From contig CAVXIB010000001.1 of the NCBI GenBank assembly GCA_963761695.1, positions 200,057 through 264,056 on the forward strand: DNA of 64,000 nt, given 5' to 3'. A program made the position numbers and the translations under genes. This document shows, piece by piece, positions 27,464-38,267 of the stretch. This stretch comes from an uncultured Actinomycetota bacterium (lineage in GTDB: Bacteria > Actinomycetota > Actinomycetes > Mycobacteriales > SCTD01). The notes under the pieces are model-generated. The model did not search any database. It was not told the DNA's origin and saw only the letters and a program-made list of their open reading frames with translations. Positions within the stretch are counted from its first letter, which is position 1. Each line of letters begins with the position of its first letter.

Positions 27464-28411
27464 ATGACCACAGTCGTGACGGGCGGCGCCGGTTTCCTCG
27501 GTTCCCACCTGTGCGAGCGGCTGCTGCAGGACGGCGCGCGGGTGGTGGCGCTCGACAACTTCCTCACCGGCCGGCCGTCCAACGTCGGGCACCTCATGGG
27601 TCGCGACGGGTTCAGCCTGCGCAAGGCCGACGTCACCGAGTACGTCCACGTCCCGGGACCGGTCGAGCAGGTCCTGCACTTCGCCAGTCCGGCCAGCCCG
27701 ATCGACTACCTGCAGCTCCCCATCGAGACGCTCAAGGTGGGCAGCATCGGCACCCTGCACGCGCTGGGGCTGGCCAAGGAGAAGGGCGCCCGCTTCCTGC
27801 TCGCGAGCACCAGCGAGACCTACGGCGACCCGCAGGTCCACCCCCAGCCGGAGACCTACTGGGGTCACGTCAACCCCGTGGGCCCGCGCGGGGTGTACGA
27901 CGAGGCCAAGCGCTACGCCGAGGCGCTGACCATGGCCTACCGGCGCACGCACGGCGTCGACACCGCGATCGTGCGCATCTTCAACACCCACGGCCCCCGC
28001 ATGCGACCGAACGACGGACGGGCGATCCCGACGTTCGTCACCCAGGCCCTGGCCGGCCGCCCCATCACGGTGGCCGGCGACGGCTCGCAGACGCGCAGCA
28101 TCATCTACGTCGACGACCTGGTCGAAGGCATCCTGCGGCTGCTGAGGAGCGACCTCGAGGGTCCGGTCAACATCGGCAACCCGCACGAGGTCTCCGTGCT
28201 GCACATCGCCGAGACCGTTCAGCGGCTCGCCGGCAGCGCCAGCGACATCGTCTTCGTGCCCCGCCCGGTCGACGACCCCAGTGTCCGGCAGCCGGACATC
28301 ACCCTGGCCAGGCGCGAGCTCGGCTGGGAGCCCCGGGTCGGGTTCGAGGACGGCCTGTCCCGCACCCTGGCCTGGTTCGCGGAGCAGCCGCGGCTGCCGG
28401 CGCCGGGCTGA
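27464..28411 (+). CDS. UDP-glucuronate decarboxylase-family NAD-dependent epimerase/dehydratase
   Basis: [49 protein letters not shown]. Confidence 0.92.
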   Translation: MTTVVTGGAGFLGSHLCERLLQDGARVVALDNFLTGRPSNVGHLMGRDGFSLRKADVTEYVHVPGPVEQVLHFASPASPIDYLQLPIETLKVGSIGTLHALGLAKEKGARFLLASTSETYGDPQVHPQPETYWGHVNPVGPRGVYDEAKRYAEALTMAYRRTHGVDTAIVRIFNTHGPRMRPNDGRAIPTFVTQALAGRPITVAGDGSQTRSIIYVDDLVEGILRLLRSDLEGPVNIGNPHEVSVLHIAETVQRLAGSASDIVFVPRPVDDPSVRQPDITLARRELGWEPRVGFEDGLSRTLAWFAEQPRLPAPG

Positions 28412-28541
28412 CCGGGCCGGGCGAGGACGTCGGACGGCGGTGGACGTGACGTCGGGGGGCAGCGTCGTCCACACTCATGGCAGTCAGGTACGACCGACAG
28501 GCGGCGTCGACCGCCGGGGCACCCACCGCGGGAGGACGCGC

Positions 28542-29406
28542 ATGAGCATCACCGAGCAGGAGCAGGGCACAGCGCAGGCCCACGCCGATGAGCTGGTCAG
28601 CGCAGCGGTCACCGACGCCCCGGGCGCGGGTCGCCAGCTGAGGATGGCGCTCCCCCAAACGTTCGACACCGTCGAGCAGGAGCGTGCGCACCGCAAGGCC
28701 AAGCTCGCAGCGGCGTTCCGGATGTTCAGCAAGGCCGGCCTGGACGAGGGCGTCGCCGGACACATCACCGTCCGCGACCCGGCCGAGCCCGACACCTTCT
28801 GGGTCAACCCCTTCGGCATGCACTTCAGCATGATCAAGAGCAGCGACCTGATCCGGGTCAGCCACGAGGGCGAGGTCGTCGAGGGCGACCGCGCGGTCAA
28901 CGGTGCCGCGGTGGCCATCCACTGCGCGGTGCACGCGGCCCGCCCCGACGTCCTGGCCGCCGCGCACGCACACGGGCCCTACGGCAAGACGCTGAGCAGC
29001 CTGGAGATGACCGTCGAGCCCCTCACCCAGGACGCCTGCGCCTTCTACGACGACATCGGCGTCTACGACGACTTCACCGGCGTCGTGCTCGACCGGCGCC
29101 GAGGGCGAGCGGATCGGCAAGGCGCTGGGCGCCCACAAGGCGGTCATCCTGCGCAACCACGGCATGCTGACGGTCGGCGAGAGCGTCGACAGCGCCGCCT
29201 GGTGGTTCCTCACCCTGGAGCGGACCGCCCAGTCCCAGCTGCTCGCGTACGCGGCCGCGGCCGGACTGGGCGCCAAGCCCCGCCAGATCCGGCCGCACGA
29301 GGCCGAGCAGACCCGCGGTCAGGTCGGTTTCGAGCTCGCCGGCTGGTTCCAGTTCCAGCCGATCTGGGAACGGATCAGCACCGACAACCCCGACATCTTC
29401 GCCTGA
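28542..29406 (+). CDS. Class II aldolase/adducin-family protein (apparent frameshift near 29095)
   Basis: EGVAGHITVRDP, FWVNPFG, IH..VH, AHAH, LRNHG. Confidence 0.9.
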
Positions 29407-29436
29407 CCGAGCCGGCGCGGCCGGTGGGACCAGCTC

Positions 29437-29727
29437 TCACCGGCCGCCCCGCAGGTCGACGGCAAGGAGCACGGCCAGGCCGACACCGACCGCCGAGAGC
29501 AGGTCGCCGAGGGTGAGCCCGTGCCCCTGCGTGACCACGAACAGGACGGCACCCTCGAGCGGCGCGTTGACGAGCGCCCAGGCGGGCGCGGCGAGCCCGC
29601 ACAGGATCAGGGCGGGAAGGCGCAACCGCCGGACCCCGGTGAGGGCCACCCCGCCCGCACCCAGCCCGGCGAGCAGGGGCAACAGGGCCGACACCGCCAG
29701 CAGGGTGCCGTCGGGCAGGTCGCTCAC
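29437..29727 (-). CDS. Small hypothetical membrane protein
   Basis: Three hydrophobic segments, N..LEG.VL....HGLT..DL pattern, GTGA-coupled to the HAD gene. Confidence 0.6.
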   Translation of the reverse strand: MSDLPDGTLLAVSALLPLLAGLGAGGVALTGVRRLRLPALILCGLAAPAWALVNAPLEGAVLFVVTQGHGLTLGDLLSAVGVGLAVLLAVDLRGGR

Positions 29728-30398
29728 GCCGCAGGGGCGCCGGCCAGCGAGCGCAGCAGGGCGACGTCCACCTGCTCCAGGCTGTCCACGACGAACCGGC
29801 GCCGGGCGGGCTCGAACAGGACACCTCGCACGCTGGGGACGGCCACCACGGCGCAGCCCGCCGCCTCGCCCGAGGCGACCCCGGCCGGGGAGTCCTCCAG
29901 GACCACGCACCGCGTCGGCGACACCCCGAGCCCGGCTGCGGCGGTGAGGTAGGGCTCCGGGTCCGGCTTGCCGCGGACGACCTCGTCGCCGGCGAGGGTG
30001 AGGTCGAAGGGCCCGAGACCGGTGGCCAGGGCGGCGTCGACGAGCGACCGGTAGGACGAGGACACCAGGGCCACCGGCACGCCCTCCTCACGCAGAGCGG
30101 TCAGCAGGGCGTGCACCCCGGGCAGGACCGGAAGCGTCTCGGTGAACAGCTCGACCATCCGGGCCAGCAGCGCGGCGCTGGTGGTCGCGACCGTCTCCGG
30201 CGTCGGCGCGACCCCGTAGTGCCGCAGGATCGCCGGCACGGCCACCTCGAGCCGGGTGCCCACGACCTGCGCCTTGATGGCGTCGTCCCACGCTCCGCCG
30301 AACTGCTCGGCGAGCTCCTCCTCGGCCACCGTCCAGAGCGGCTCGGAGTCGATCATGAGCCCGTCCATGTCGAACAGGACGGCGGCCAGGCCGGTCAC
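29724..30398 (-). CDS. HAD-family phosphatase
   Basis: FDMDGLMIDSEPLW, KPDPEPY, VLEDSPAG. Confidence 0.93.
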   Translation of the reverse strand: MTGLAAVLFDMDGLMIDSEPLWTVAEEELAEQFGGAWDDAIKAQVVGTRLEVAVPAILRHYGVAPTPETVATTSAALLARMVELFTETLPVLPGVHALLTALREEGVPVALVSSSYRSLVDAALATGLGPFDLTLAGDEVVRGKPDPEPYLTAAAGLGVSPTRCVVLEDSPAGVASGEAAGCAVVAVPSVRGVLFEPARRRFVVDSLEQVDVALLRSLAGAPAA

Positions 30399-33300
30399 CG
30401 GGCCGCGAAGTACTTGGCCTCGGGGTGGTGGAGGATGATCGCGCTGGTGCTCTGCTCCGGCGTGAGCTGGTGCTCCTCGCTCAGCTCGACGCCGATCCGC
30501 TTCCAGTCGAGCAGGACCTCGAGCTTGTCCTGGTCCTCGATGTTCGGGCAGGCGGGGTAGCCGAAGGAGTAGCGCGAGCCCCGGTAGGCCTGCTTGGACA
30601 GCTTGGCCTGCAGGTCGGCGGCGTCCTCGGCGCCGAACCCGAGCTCGGCCCGCACACGGGCGTGCCAGAACTCGGCCAGCGCCTCGGTCAGCTGCACCGA
30701 CAGGCCGTGCAGCTCCAGGTACTCGCGGTAGGCGTTCTTCTCGAACAGCACGTTCGCGACGTCGGACACATGGCGGCCCATCGTCACCACCTGGAAGGCG
30801 ACGACGTCGGGCTCGCCGGACTCCTGTCCCCGGAAGAAGTCGGCCAGGCACAGCCGCCGGTCGCGGCGCTGGCGAGGGAAGGTGAACCGGCAGCGCTCGT
30901 CGCCGGAGTCGGGGTCGAGCACGATCAGGTCCTCGCCCTTGCTGACGGCGGGGAAGTACCCGTGGATGACGGCCGCCTGCATGATGCCCTCGGTCTGCAC
31001 CCGGCTCAGCAGCTCGCGCAGCCGGGGGCGTCCCTCGGTCTCGACCAGCTCGTCGTAGGAGGCACCCTCGGTGCCCCGGCCGCTCTTGAGGCCCCACTGC
31101 CCGTTGAACAGGGCGCGCTCGTCGAGCCAGGAGCTGTAGTCGGCCAGCGGGATGCCCTTGGTGATGCGCGAGCCCCAGAACGGCGGCGTCGGCACGGCGT
31201 TGTCGGCGGCGACGTCGGAGCGGCCACCGATCACCGGCTCGGCCTCCTCCTTCTCGGCCCGGGCCTGCGCGATGGCCCTCGAGCGGTCGTGCCGGGCCTT
31301 GGTCTCGGCCTTCTTCGCCGCCTTCTCGGCCGACTCCTCGGGCGTGACCTCACCGCGCTTGACCGCCATCAGCTCGTCCATGAGGTGCAGCCCCTCGAAG
31401 GCGTCGCGCGCGTAGCGGACGTCGCCGTCGAACACCTCGGCGAGGTCGTTCTCGACGTAGGCGCGGGTGAGCGCGGCGCCCCCGAGGATGACCGGGAAGT
31501 CCGTCGCCATCCCCCGGGTGTTCATCTCGACGAGGTTCTCCTTCATCACCACCGTCGACTTGACCAGCAGCCCGCTCATCCCGACGACGTCGGCCTTGTG
31601 CTCGGCCGCCGCCTCCAGGATGGCGTTGACCGGCTGCTTGATGCCGAGGTTCACGACGTCGTAGCCGTTGTTGCTCAAGATGATGTCGACGAGGTTCTTG
31701 CCGATGTCGTGCACGTCGCCCTTGACGGTGGCCAGCACGATGCGGCCCTTGCCGTCGTCGTCGGTCTTCTCCATGTGCGGCTCGAGATAGGCGACCGCGG
31801 TCTTCATGACCTCGGCGCTCTGCAGCACGAACGGGAGCTGCATCTGGCCGGACCCGAAGAGCTCGCCCACCGTCTTCATCCCGCCGAGCAGCGTGTCGTT
31901 GACGATCTGCAGCGGCTTCTGCCCGGCGGCCATGGCGGCGTCGAGGTCGGCCTCGAGGCCGTTCTTCTCCCCGTCGATGATCCGCCGGCCGAGCCGCTCG
32001 TCGAGCGGCAGCTCCATCAGCAGGTCGTTGCGGCTCTTGCCGCCGGTGTCGGCCTGCACCCCCTCGAACAGGTCGAGGAAGGCCGTCAGCGGGTCGTAGC
32101 CCTCGGGCTCGGCGTCCGAGGCCGGGCGGCGGCGGTCGTAGACGAGGTCGAGCGCGACCTCGCGCTGGTCGTCGGGGATCCGGTTCATCGGCAGGATCTT
32201 CGAGGCGTGCACGATGGCGCTGGTGAGGCCGGCCTTCTGGCACTCGTGCAGGAACACCGAGTTCAGGACCACCCGGGCGGCCGGCTTGAGGCCGAAGCTG
32301 ATGTTGGACAGGCCCAGCGTGGTGCCGACGCCGGGGCGGCGCTGCTTGAGCAGCTTGATGGCCTCGATCGTCTCGATGCCGTCGCGCCGCGACTCCTCCT
32401 GCCCGGTACCGAGGGTGAAGGTGAGGGTGTCGACCAGGATGTCGCCCTCGCGCATCCCGTACTCCCCCACCATCGCGTCGATGGTGCGCTCGGCGATGGC
32501 CACCTTCTTGTCGGCGGTGCGCGCCTGACCCTCCTCGTCGATGGTCAGCGTGACGACGGCGGCGCCGTGCTCCTTGACGATGGGCATGATCTTGCGGAAA
32601 CGGCTGTCCGGACCGTCGCCGTCCTCGAAGTTGACCGAGTTGATGACCGCGCGCCCGCCGAGGCACTCCAGGCCCGCCTCGATCACCGGCGGCTCGGTGG
32701 AGTCGAGCATGATCGGCAGCGTGCTCGCCGTGGCCAGGCGGCTCGCGGCGTCGCGCATGTCGATGGCGCCGTCCCGGCCGACGTAGTCGACGCACAGGTC
32801 GATCATGTTGGCGCCCTCGCGCACCGCCTCGCGGCCGATGTCGACGACCTTCTCCCAGTCGGCCGCCAGCAGCGCCTCACGGAAGGCCTTCGAGCCGTTG
32901 GTGTTGGTGCGTTCGCCGACCATGAGGACGCCGGCGTCGGGCACGAACGGGACGGCCTGGTAGAGCGACGCCGCGCTGGGCTCCACCTCGGGGGTGCGGG
33001 CCGGCACCGCGCGGCCGCGGACCTTCGCCACCACCGCGGCGATGTGCTCGGGCGTGGTGCCGCAGCACCCGCCGACCAGGCCGACGCCGTACTCGTCGAC
33101 GAAGTCGCTGACGGCGTCGGCCAGCGCGTCCGGACCCAGGGGGTAGACCGCGCCGTCCTTGCCGAGCTCGGGCAGACCGGCGTTCGGCATGACCGACAGG
33201 GGCACTGTCGCGTGCCGGGACAGGTAGCGCAGGTGCTCGCCCATCTCGGCCGGGCCCGTGGCGCAGTTCATGCCGATGACGTCGATGCCCAGCGGCTCCA

Positions 33301-33958
33301 GCGCCGTGAGCGCCGCCCCGATCTCCGAGCCGAGCAGCATCGTGCCGGTCAGCTCGACGGTGACCTGGGCGATGAGCACCACGGTCGTGCCGGTGACCGC
33401 CATGGCCCGCTTCGCGCCGACGATGGCGGCCTTGGTCTGCAGGAGGTCCTGGGAGGTCTCGACGAGGATCGCGTCGACGCCGCCCTCGATCATCGCCTCG
33501 GCCTGCTCCTGGTAGCCGTCGCGCAGGGTGGCGTACGGCACGTGGCCGAGGGTCGGCAGCTTGGTGCCGGGTCCGACCGAGCCGATCACCCACCGCGGGC
33601 GGTCCGGGGTCGAGAACGCGTCCGCGGACGCCCGGGCGATCTGCGCCCCGGCCAGGGCGGTCTCGCGGATCCGCTCGACGATCCCGTACTCGCCGAGCCC
33701 GGCCCAGTTCGAGCCGAACGTGTTGGTCTCCACGGCGTCGCTGCCGGCCTCGAAGTAGGCGTCGTGGACGGCCCGCACCACGTCCGGGCGGGTCACGTTG
33801 AGGATCTCGTTGCAGCCCTCGTGGCCCTGGAAGTCGACCTCGATGTCGAGACCGAGCCGGTCGCCCGCGCTCTGCAGCATGGTGCCCATGGCCCCGTCGG
33901 CGACGACCACCCTGGTCTTCAGGGCGTCGAGCAGGTCAGGGCGGGGAGAGGCGGACAC
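30395..33958 (-). CDS. metH: Cobalamin-dependent methionine synthase
   Basis: DGAMGT, NCATGP, GGCCGTT, GERTN, DVHDIGKNLV, RYSFGYPACP. Confidence 0.98.
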   Translation of the reverse strand: MSASPRPDLLDALKTRVVVADGAMGTMLQSAGDRLGLDIEVDFQGHEGCNEILNVTRPDVVRAVHDAYFEAGSDAVETNTFGSNWAGLGEYGIVERIRETALAGAQIARASADAFSTPDRPRWVIGSVGPGTKLPTLGHVPYATLRDGYQEQAEAMIEGGVDAILVETSQDLLQTKAAIVGAKRAMAVTGTTVVLIAQVTVELTGTMLLGSEIGAALTALEPLGIDVIGMNCATGPAEMGEHLRYLSRHATVPLSVMPNAGLPELGKDGAVYPLGPDALADAVSDFVDEYGVGLVGGCCGTTPEHIAAVVAKVRGRAVPARTPEVEPSAASLYQAVPFVPDAGVLMVGERTNTNGSKAFREALLAADWEKVVDIGREAVREGANMIDLCVDYVGRDGAIDMRDAASRLATASTLPIMLDSTEPPVIEAGLECLGGRAVINSVNFEDGDGPDSRFRKIMPIVKEHGAAVVTLTIDEEGQARTADKKVAIAERTIDAMVGEYGMREGDILVDTLTFTLGTGQEESRRDGIETIEAIKLLKQRRPGVGTTLGLSNISFGLKPAARVVLNSVFLHECQKAGLTSAIVHASKILPMNRIPDDQREVALDLVYDRRRPASDAEPEGYDPLTAFLDLFEGVQADTGGKSRNDLLMELPLDERLGRRIIDGEKNGLEADLDAAMAAGQKPLQIVNDTLLGGMKTVGELFGSGQMQLPFVLQSAEVMKTAVAYLEPHMEKTDDDGKGRIVLATVKGDVHDIGKNLVDIILSNNGYDVVNLGIKQPVNAILEAAAEHKADVVGMSGLLVKSTVVMKENLVEMNTRGMATDFPVILGGAALTRAYVENDLAEVFDGDVRYARDAFEGLHLMDELMAVKRGEVTPEESAEKAAKKAETKARHDRSRAIAQARAEKEEAEPVIGGRSDVAADNAVPTPPFWGSRITKGIPLADYSSWLDERALFNGQWGLKSGRGTEGASYDELVETEGRPRLRELLSRVQTEGIMQAAVIHGYFPAVSKGEDLIVLDPDSGDERCRFTFPRQRRDRRLCLADFFRGQESGEPDVVAFQVVTMGRHVSDVANVLFEKNAYREYLELHGLSVQLTEALAEFWHARVRAELGFGAEDAADLQAKLSKQAYRGSRYSFGYPACPNIEDQDKLEVLLDWKRIGVELSEEHQLTPEQSTSAIILHHPEAKYFAAR

Positions 33959-34066
33959 CCGTCGAGTCTACCGAGGGCGCCCAGGCTTCCCGGCCGGTCG
34001 GCCGAGGGGTCGGTCACAGCCGCGCTAGGTTCAGCACCAACCCTGTTTCGCACCGCGAGGAGCCCC

Positions 34067-34537
34067 GTGAGCGCCAGCCCCTACGCCACCGTCCTCGTCG
34101 GCACGGACGGCTCGGACTCGAGCTTTCGCGCCGTCGACCGCGCCGCGCTGATCGCCCGCGACGCGGGGGCGCTGCTCCTGCTCGCCACCGCCTACCGCCC
34201 GATGTCCAGCCGCGAGGTGCAGGACGCCCAGCAGGCCCTCGGCGGCGAGAGCTACAAGGTGGCCGGGTCCACCCCTGCCGACGACGTCCTGCGTGACGCC
34301 GCCGACCGGGCCCGCGCCCTCGGGGCGACCGAGCTCGACACCCTCGCCGTCGAGGGCGACCCGGTCGACGCGCTGATCGAGCTGGTGAAGAGCCGGGGGG
34401 TCGACCTGCTGGTCGTCGGCAACCGCGGTCTGAACAGCCTCGCCGGGCGGCTGCTGGGATCGGTCCCGGCGAACATCAGCCAGCGGGCGCACTGCGACGT
34501 CCTCATCGTGCACACCACCGGCAAGGGCGCCAAGTAG
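34067..34537 (+). CDS. Universal stress protein
   Basis: VLVGTDGSDSS, LLVVGNRG...RLLGSVP...CDVLIV. Confidence 0.93.
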   Translation: MSASPYATVLVGTDGSDSSFRAVDRAALIARDAGALLLLATAYRPMSSREVQDAQQALGGESYKVAGSTPADDVLRDAADRARALGATELDTLAVEGDPVDALIELVKSRGVDLLVVGNRGLNSLAGRLLGSVPANISQRAHCDVLIVHTTGKGAK

Positions 34538-34539
34538 CG

Positions 34540-35427
34540 GTGCAGCCGCTGGGCGTCCGTCCACCCGTCGCCGCAGGCCTGGACCTCGACGTCCCGGGCG
34601 TCGACGTCCGGCTCCGGGCCACCCGCTGGCCGGGCGCGGGCGTGCCGGTGCTGCTCCTGCACGGTCTGGCCTCCACGCGGCACATCTGGGACCTCGTGGT
34701 CCCGGGCCTGGCCGGTCTGCCCGTCGTGGCGATCGACCAGCGGGGGCACGGCGACAGCGACCGCCCCGAGGGCCCCTACGACGGCGACACGGTCGTCCGC
34801 GACGTCCTGCTCGCCCTCGACGCTCTCGGGCTGTCCCGCGTGGTGGTCGCCGGGCACTCCTGGGGGGCGTGGACGGCCCTGCGGCTGGCCGCGCAGGCCC
34901 CCGAGCGGGTGCTGGCCGTCGTCGCGCTCGACGGTGGGGTCGGGCCGGCCCGCCGACCCGACGAGCCCCGCGAGGTGACCCGCGAGCGGATGCGCCCGCC
35001 GGCCACCGCCCTGCCTCCTGACGACCTGCTCGCGCGCATCCGCAGCGGACCGCTGGCGCCCTGGTGGTCCGACGACGTCGCGGCGTGCGTCCTGCCGCTG
35101 TTCGCCGTCGGCGACGACGGCCTGGCCCGGGCCCGGCTCCCGATGCAGGCCCACATGGCGATCGTGGACGACCTGCTCGACGTCGACGCCGAGGCGCACC
35201 TGCCCGATGTGCGGTGCCCCACCTGGCTCGTGTCCTGCAGCCCCACCCCGGAGCGCCGGCTGGCCCTCGACAGGACCGCCGGACGGCTCGCCCGGCCGCG
35301 GGCCCAGATCTGGGACGGCGCGCTCCACGACGTCCCCCTCCAGTGGCCGGCGCTGGTGGCCGGACTCGTGCGGGCCGCCGCCGACGAGGCGGCGTCCGGC
35401 CTCGGCGGGGACCGGGGCGCGCCGTGA
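34540..35427 (+). CDS. Alpha/beta hydrolase
   Basis: LLHGLAS, DQRGHG, GHSWG nucleophile elbow, C-terminal His (HDVP). Confidence 0.88.
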   Translation: MQPLGVRPPVAAGLDLDVPGVDVRLRATRWPGAGVPVLLLHGLASTRHIWDLVVPGLAGLPVVAIDQRGHGDSDRPEGPYDGDTVVRDVLLALDALGLSRVVVAGHSWGAWTALRLAAQAPERVLAVVALDGGVGPARRPDEPREVTRERMRPPATALPPDDLLARIRSGPLAPWWSDDVAACVLPLFAVGDDGLARARLPMQAHMAIVDDLLDVDAEAHLPDVRCPTWLVSCSPTPERRLALDRTAGRLARPRAQIWDGALHDVPLQWPALVAGLVRAAADEAASGLGGDRGAP

Positions 35428-36278
35428 GGCTGCCGGCCCGTCCCGAGGGTGTCCCGCCGCTGCGCCGGCCGGTGCTCGTCGCGGCCTTCGAGGGGTGGAA
35501 CGACGCGGGCGACGCGGCGACGTCGGCCGTCGAGCACCTCGAGACGGTCTGGGAGGCCACCCGGGTGTGCGAGATCGACCCGGACGAGTACTACGACTTC
35601 CAGGTCAACCGCCCCACGGTCCAGCTCGTCGACGGCGAGACCCGCCAGATCACCTGGCCCAGCACGCGGTTCTCCGTCGGCCGGCTCGACACGCAGGACC
35701 GCGACGTCGTGCTCGTGCGGGGGCTGGAGCCGAACATGCGCTGGCGGGGCTTCTGCACCGAGCTGCTCGCCATCGCCCAGCTGCTGGGCGCGCAGCAGGT
35801 GGTGACGCTCGGGGCGCTGCTCGCCGACAGCCCGCACACCCGACCGGTCCCGGTCAGCGGCACGTCGTCGGACCCGGCGCTCGCCGACAGCCTGGGGCTC
35901 GAACGGAGCAGGTACGAGGGGCCCACCGGCATCGTCGGGGTGTTCCAGGACTTCTGCACGCAGGCGGGCATTCCCGCGCTGTCGTTCTGGGCGGCCGTGC
36001 CGCACTACGTCGCCCACCCGCCGTGCCCCAAGGCGACGATCGCGCTGCTGCACCGGGTGGAGGACGCCCTGGACCTGCCCATCCCGCTCGGCGACCTCCC
36101 CGAGCAGGCGCGGGCCTGGGAGCGGCAGGTCGACGAGCTCGCCGCCGACGACAGCGAGGTCGCGGCCTACATCGCCACCCTGGAGGAGCGTGAGCCGGCC
36201 ACCGACCTGCCCGAGGCGTCCGGCGAGGCGATCGCCAAGGAGTTCGAGCGCTACCTGCGCCGTCGGGGCGACGAGTAG
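35424..36278 (+). CDS. PAC2 (proteasome assembly chaperone-like) family protein
   Basis: AFEGWNDAGDAA, EYYDFQVNRP, EPNMRW, SRYEGPTGIVG, WAAVPHY, EFERYLRRR. Confidence 0.92.
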   Translation: MRLPARPEGVPPLRRPVLVAAFEGWNDAGDAATSAVEHLETVWEATRVCEIDPDEYYDFQVNRPTVQLVDGETRQITWPSTRFSVGRLDTQDRDVVLVRGLEPNMRWRGFCTELLAIAQLLGAQQVVTLGALLADSPHTRPVPVSGTSSDPALADSLGLERSRYEGPTGIVGVFQDFCTQAGIPALSFWAAVPHYVAHPPCPKATIALLHRVEDALDLPIPLGDLPEQARAWERQVDELAADDSEVAAYIATLEEREPATDLPEASGEAIAKEFERYLRRRGDE

Positions 36279-36293
36279 CGGGAGCTCCCTGCG

Positions 36294-37511
36294 CTAGAGG
36301 GCGACGCCGAGCAGGGCGTCGACCACGTCGCGCACCAGGGCGGGGGCGGTTACGTCGTCGCCCTCGGCGCTGCACCAGGCGTCGACGGCGGCGAGGGCCG
36401 TCGGGGTGTCCAGGTCGTCGGCGAGAGCGGCCCGGACGGCCTCCAGCACTGCCGCGCCACCCGGCCCGCTCGACCGGTCGACGGCCGCGCGCCAGGCCGC
36501 GAGACGGGCCTCACCCGTGGTCAGGGAGGCCGCCGTCCACTCCCGGTCGGCCCGGTAGTGCTCGGCCAGCAGCGCCAGGCGCACGGCCCCCGGATCGGTC
36601 CCGCTACGACGCAGCACCGAGACGAACACCAGGTTGCCGCGGGACTTGCTCATCTTCTCGCCGTCGAGCCCGACCATGCCGGCGTGCACGTAGGCCCGGG
36701 CGAAGGGCCACTGCCCGGTCAGCGCCTCGGCCTCGACGGCGGAGTGCTCGTGGTGGGGGAAGGCGAGGTCGCTGCCACCGCCCTGGACGTCGAGGGTGCC
36801 GCCCAGCCGGTTCAGGGCGATCGCGGCGCACTCGACGTGCCAGCCGGGCCGGCCCCGCCCGAGCGGACTGTCCCAGGCCGGGTCGTCCGGGCGCTCGGCC
36901 TTCCACAGCAGGGCGTCGAGCGGGTCCTTCTTGCCGGGCCGGTCCGGGTCACCGCCCCGCTCGGCGAACAGTGCGGTCATCGTGGCGGCGTCGAGCCCGG
37001 CGACCTCGCCGAAGTGCGGAGCGGCGCCGACCGAGAAGTACACGTCGTCGTCGACCCGGTAGGCCACCCCCGCGTCGAGCAGCTGCACGACGGCCTCGGC
37101 GATCTCCTGCATGGCTTCGACCGCGCCGATGTAGTGCGTGGGGGGGAGCACGCGCAGGGCGGTCATGTCCTCGCGGAACAGGTCGGTCTGCTGCTCGGCC
37201 AGGCCCACCCAGTCGACCCCGTCACGAAGGGCCCGCTCGAGCAGCGGGTCGTCGATGTCGGTCACGTTCTGCACGTAGAGGACGTCCAGTCCGCGGTCGC
37301 GCCAGACCCGCACGAGGGTGTCGAAGGCCAGGTAGGTGGCGGCATGGCCGAGGTGGGTCGCGTCGTAGGGCGTGATGCCGCAGACGTAGAGCCGGGCGGT
37401 CCCCCGGGGGTCCAGGACGACACGGCCCCGGGCGGACGAGGAGTGCACGCGAACCGCCGACAGGGGCCCTTCGGGCAGCACGGGGACGGCGGTCGAGGGC
37501 CAGGACTGCAT
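36294..37511 (-). CDS. mshC: Cysteine:GlcN-Ins ligase (mycothiol synthesis)
   Basis: [46 protein letters not shown]. Confidence 0.96.
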   Translation of the reverse strand: MQSWPSTAVPVLPEGPLSAVRVHSSSARGRVVLDPRGTARLYVCGITPYDATHLGHAATYLAFDTLVRVWRDRGLDVLYVQNVTDIDDPLLERALRDGVDWVGLAEQQTDLFREDMTALRVLPPTHYIGAVEAMQEIAEAVVQLLDAGVAYRVDDDVYFSVGAAPHFGEVAGLDAATMTALFAERGGDPDRPGKKDPLDALLWKAERPDDPAWDSPLGRGRPGWHVECAAIALNRLGGTLDVQGGGSDLAFPHHEHSAVEAEALTGQWPFARAYVHAGMVGLDGEKMSKSRGNLVFVSVLRRSGTDPGAVRLALLAEHYRADREWTAASLTTGEARLAAWRAAVDRSSGPGGAAVLEAVRAALADDLDTPTALAAVDAWCSAEGDDVTAPALVRDVVDALLGVAL

Positions 37512-37533
37512 GCGGCCAGCCTAGGTGCCCGTC

Positions 37534-38247
37534 CTAGAAGGGCGGCCAGGGGATCGCGGGCCAGTCGGGTGACGGCTCGGGGTGCCGCCGCGACAGCAGC
37601 AGGCCGTCGACCCGCTCCACGGTGCGCCGCACCTCGGTGAGCGTGAGGTGCTCGGCCAGCGCCTCCCCCAGCGGACCCTCGAGGTCGGCGCGCAGCAGAC
37701 CGAGGACGAACACCGCCTCCTCGGTCAACGGCTCGGACCGCCACTGCCACAGCAGCGTCCGCAGCTTGTCCTCGGCGGAGAAGCAGATGCCGTGGTCCAC
37801 CCCCTGCACCCGCCCGTCGTGCCGGGGCAGCAGGTGGCCACCCTTGCGGTCGGCGTTGTTGACGACGGCGTCGAAGACCGCCATGCGGCGCAGGTCAGGG
37901 TGGTCGCTGCGGGCCAGCTGCGCCAGGTCGACGGTCTCGTCGACGTCGACCCACAGCTGGCACATGCCCGGCCCGAACGGGCCCTCCCGCAGCACGGTCG
38001 GGGGGACGACGTCCCAGCCGCTGGCCTCGCTGACCAGGTAGGTGGCGACCTCGCGCCCGGCCAGCGTGCCGTCGGGGAAGTCCCACAGCGGTCGCTCGCC
38101 GCGGACCGGCTTGTAGACGCAGGTGGCCGTGACGCCGTCGAGCGTGGTGGTGCAGTACAGGGTGGCGTTGCTGGCGTCGACGAGGCGACCCTCCACCGAC
38201 AGCTCGCCGCGCCGGAGCAGGGTCAGGGCGTCCTCGAGCTCCAGCAC
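37534..38247 (-). CDS. SCO1664-family PI3/4-kinase-like protein
   Basis: ASNATL, YKPVRGERPLWDFPDGTLA, NNADRKGGH, DHG, IPWPPF. Confidence 0.92.
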   Translation of the reverse strand: MLELEDALTLLRRGELSVEGRLVDASNATLYCTTTLDGVTATCVYKPVRGERPLWDFPDGTLAGREVATYLVSEASGWDVVPPTVLREGPFGPGMCQLWVDVDETVDLAQLARSDHPDLRRMAVFDAVVNNADRKGGHLLPRHDGRVQGVDHGICFSAEDKLRTLLWQWRSEPLTEEAVFVLGLLRADLEGPLGEALAEHLTLTEVRRTVERVDGLLLSRRHPEPSPDWPAIPWPPF

Positions 38248-38267
38248 GCCGTCATCCTGCGGCAGGT

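Noticed and set aside
33959-34066. SAM or cobalamin riboswitch upstream of metH
   Set aside because: A -10 box lies 6 nt from the start (leaderless), leaving no room, and no motif is present.
30425-34066. 1370 aa plus-strand ORF antisense to metH, and similar long shadow ORFs (e.g. 41790-45716, 58365-60605)
   Set aside because: These are stop-poor antisense or alternative frames typical of high-GC coding DNA. Only the terminal parts (Usp, LLM oxidoreductase) are real genes.
36279-36293. GGGAGCTCCC palindrome between PAC2 and mshC as a terminator
   Set aside because: The stem is too short and has no U-tract, so it cannot be supported.
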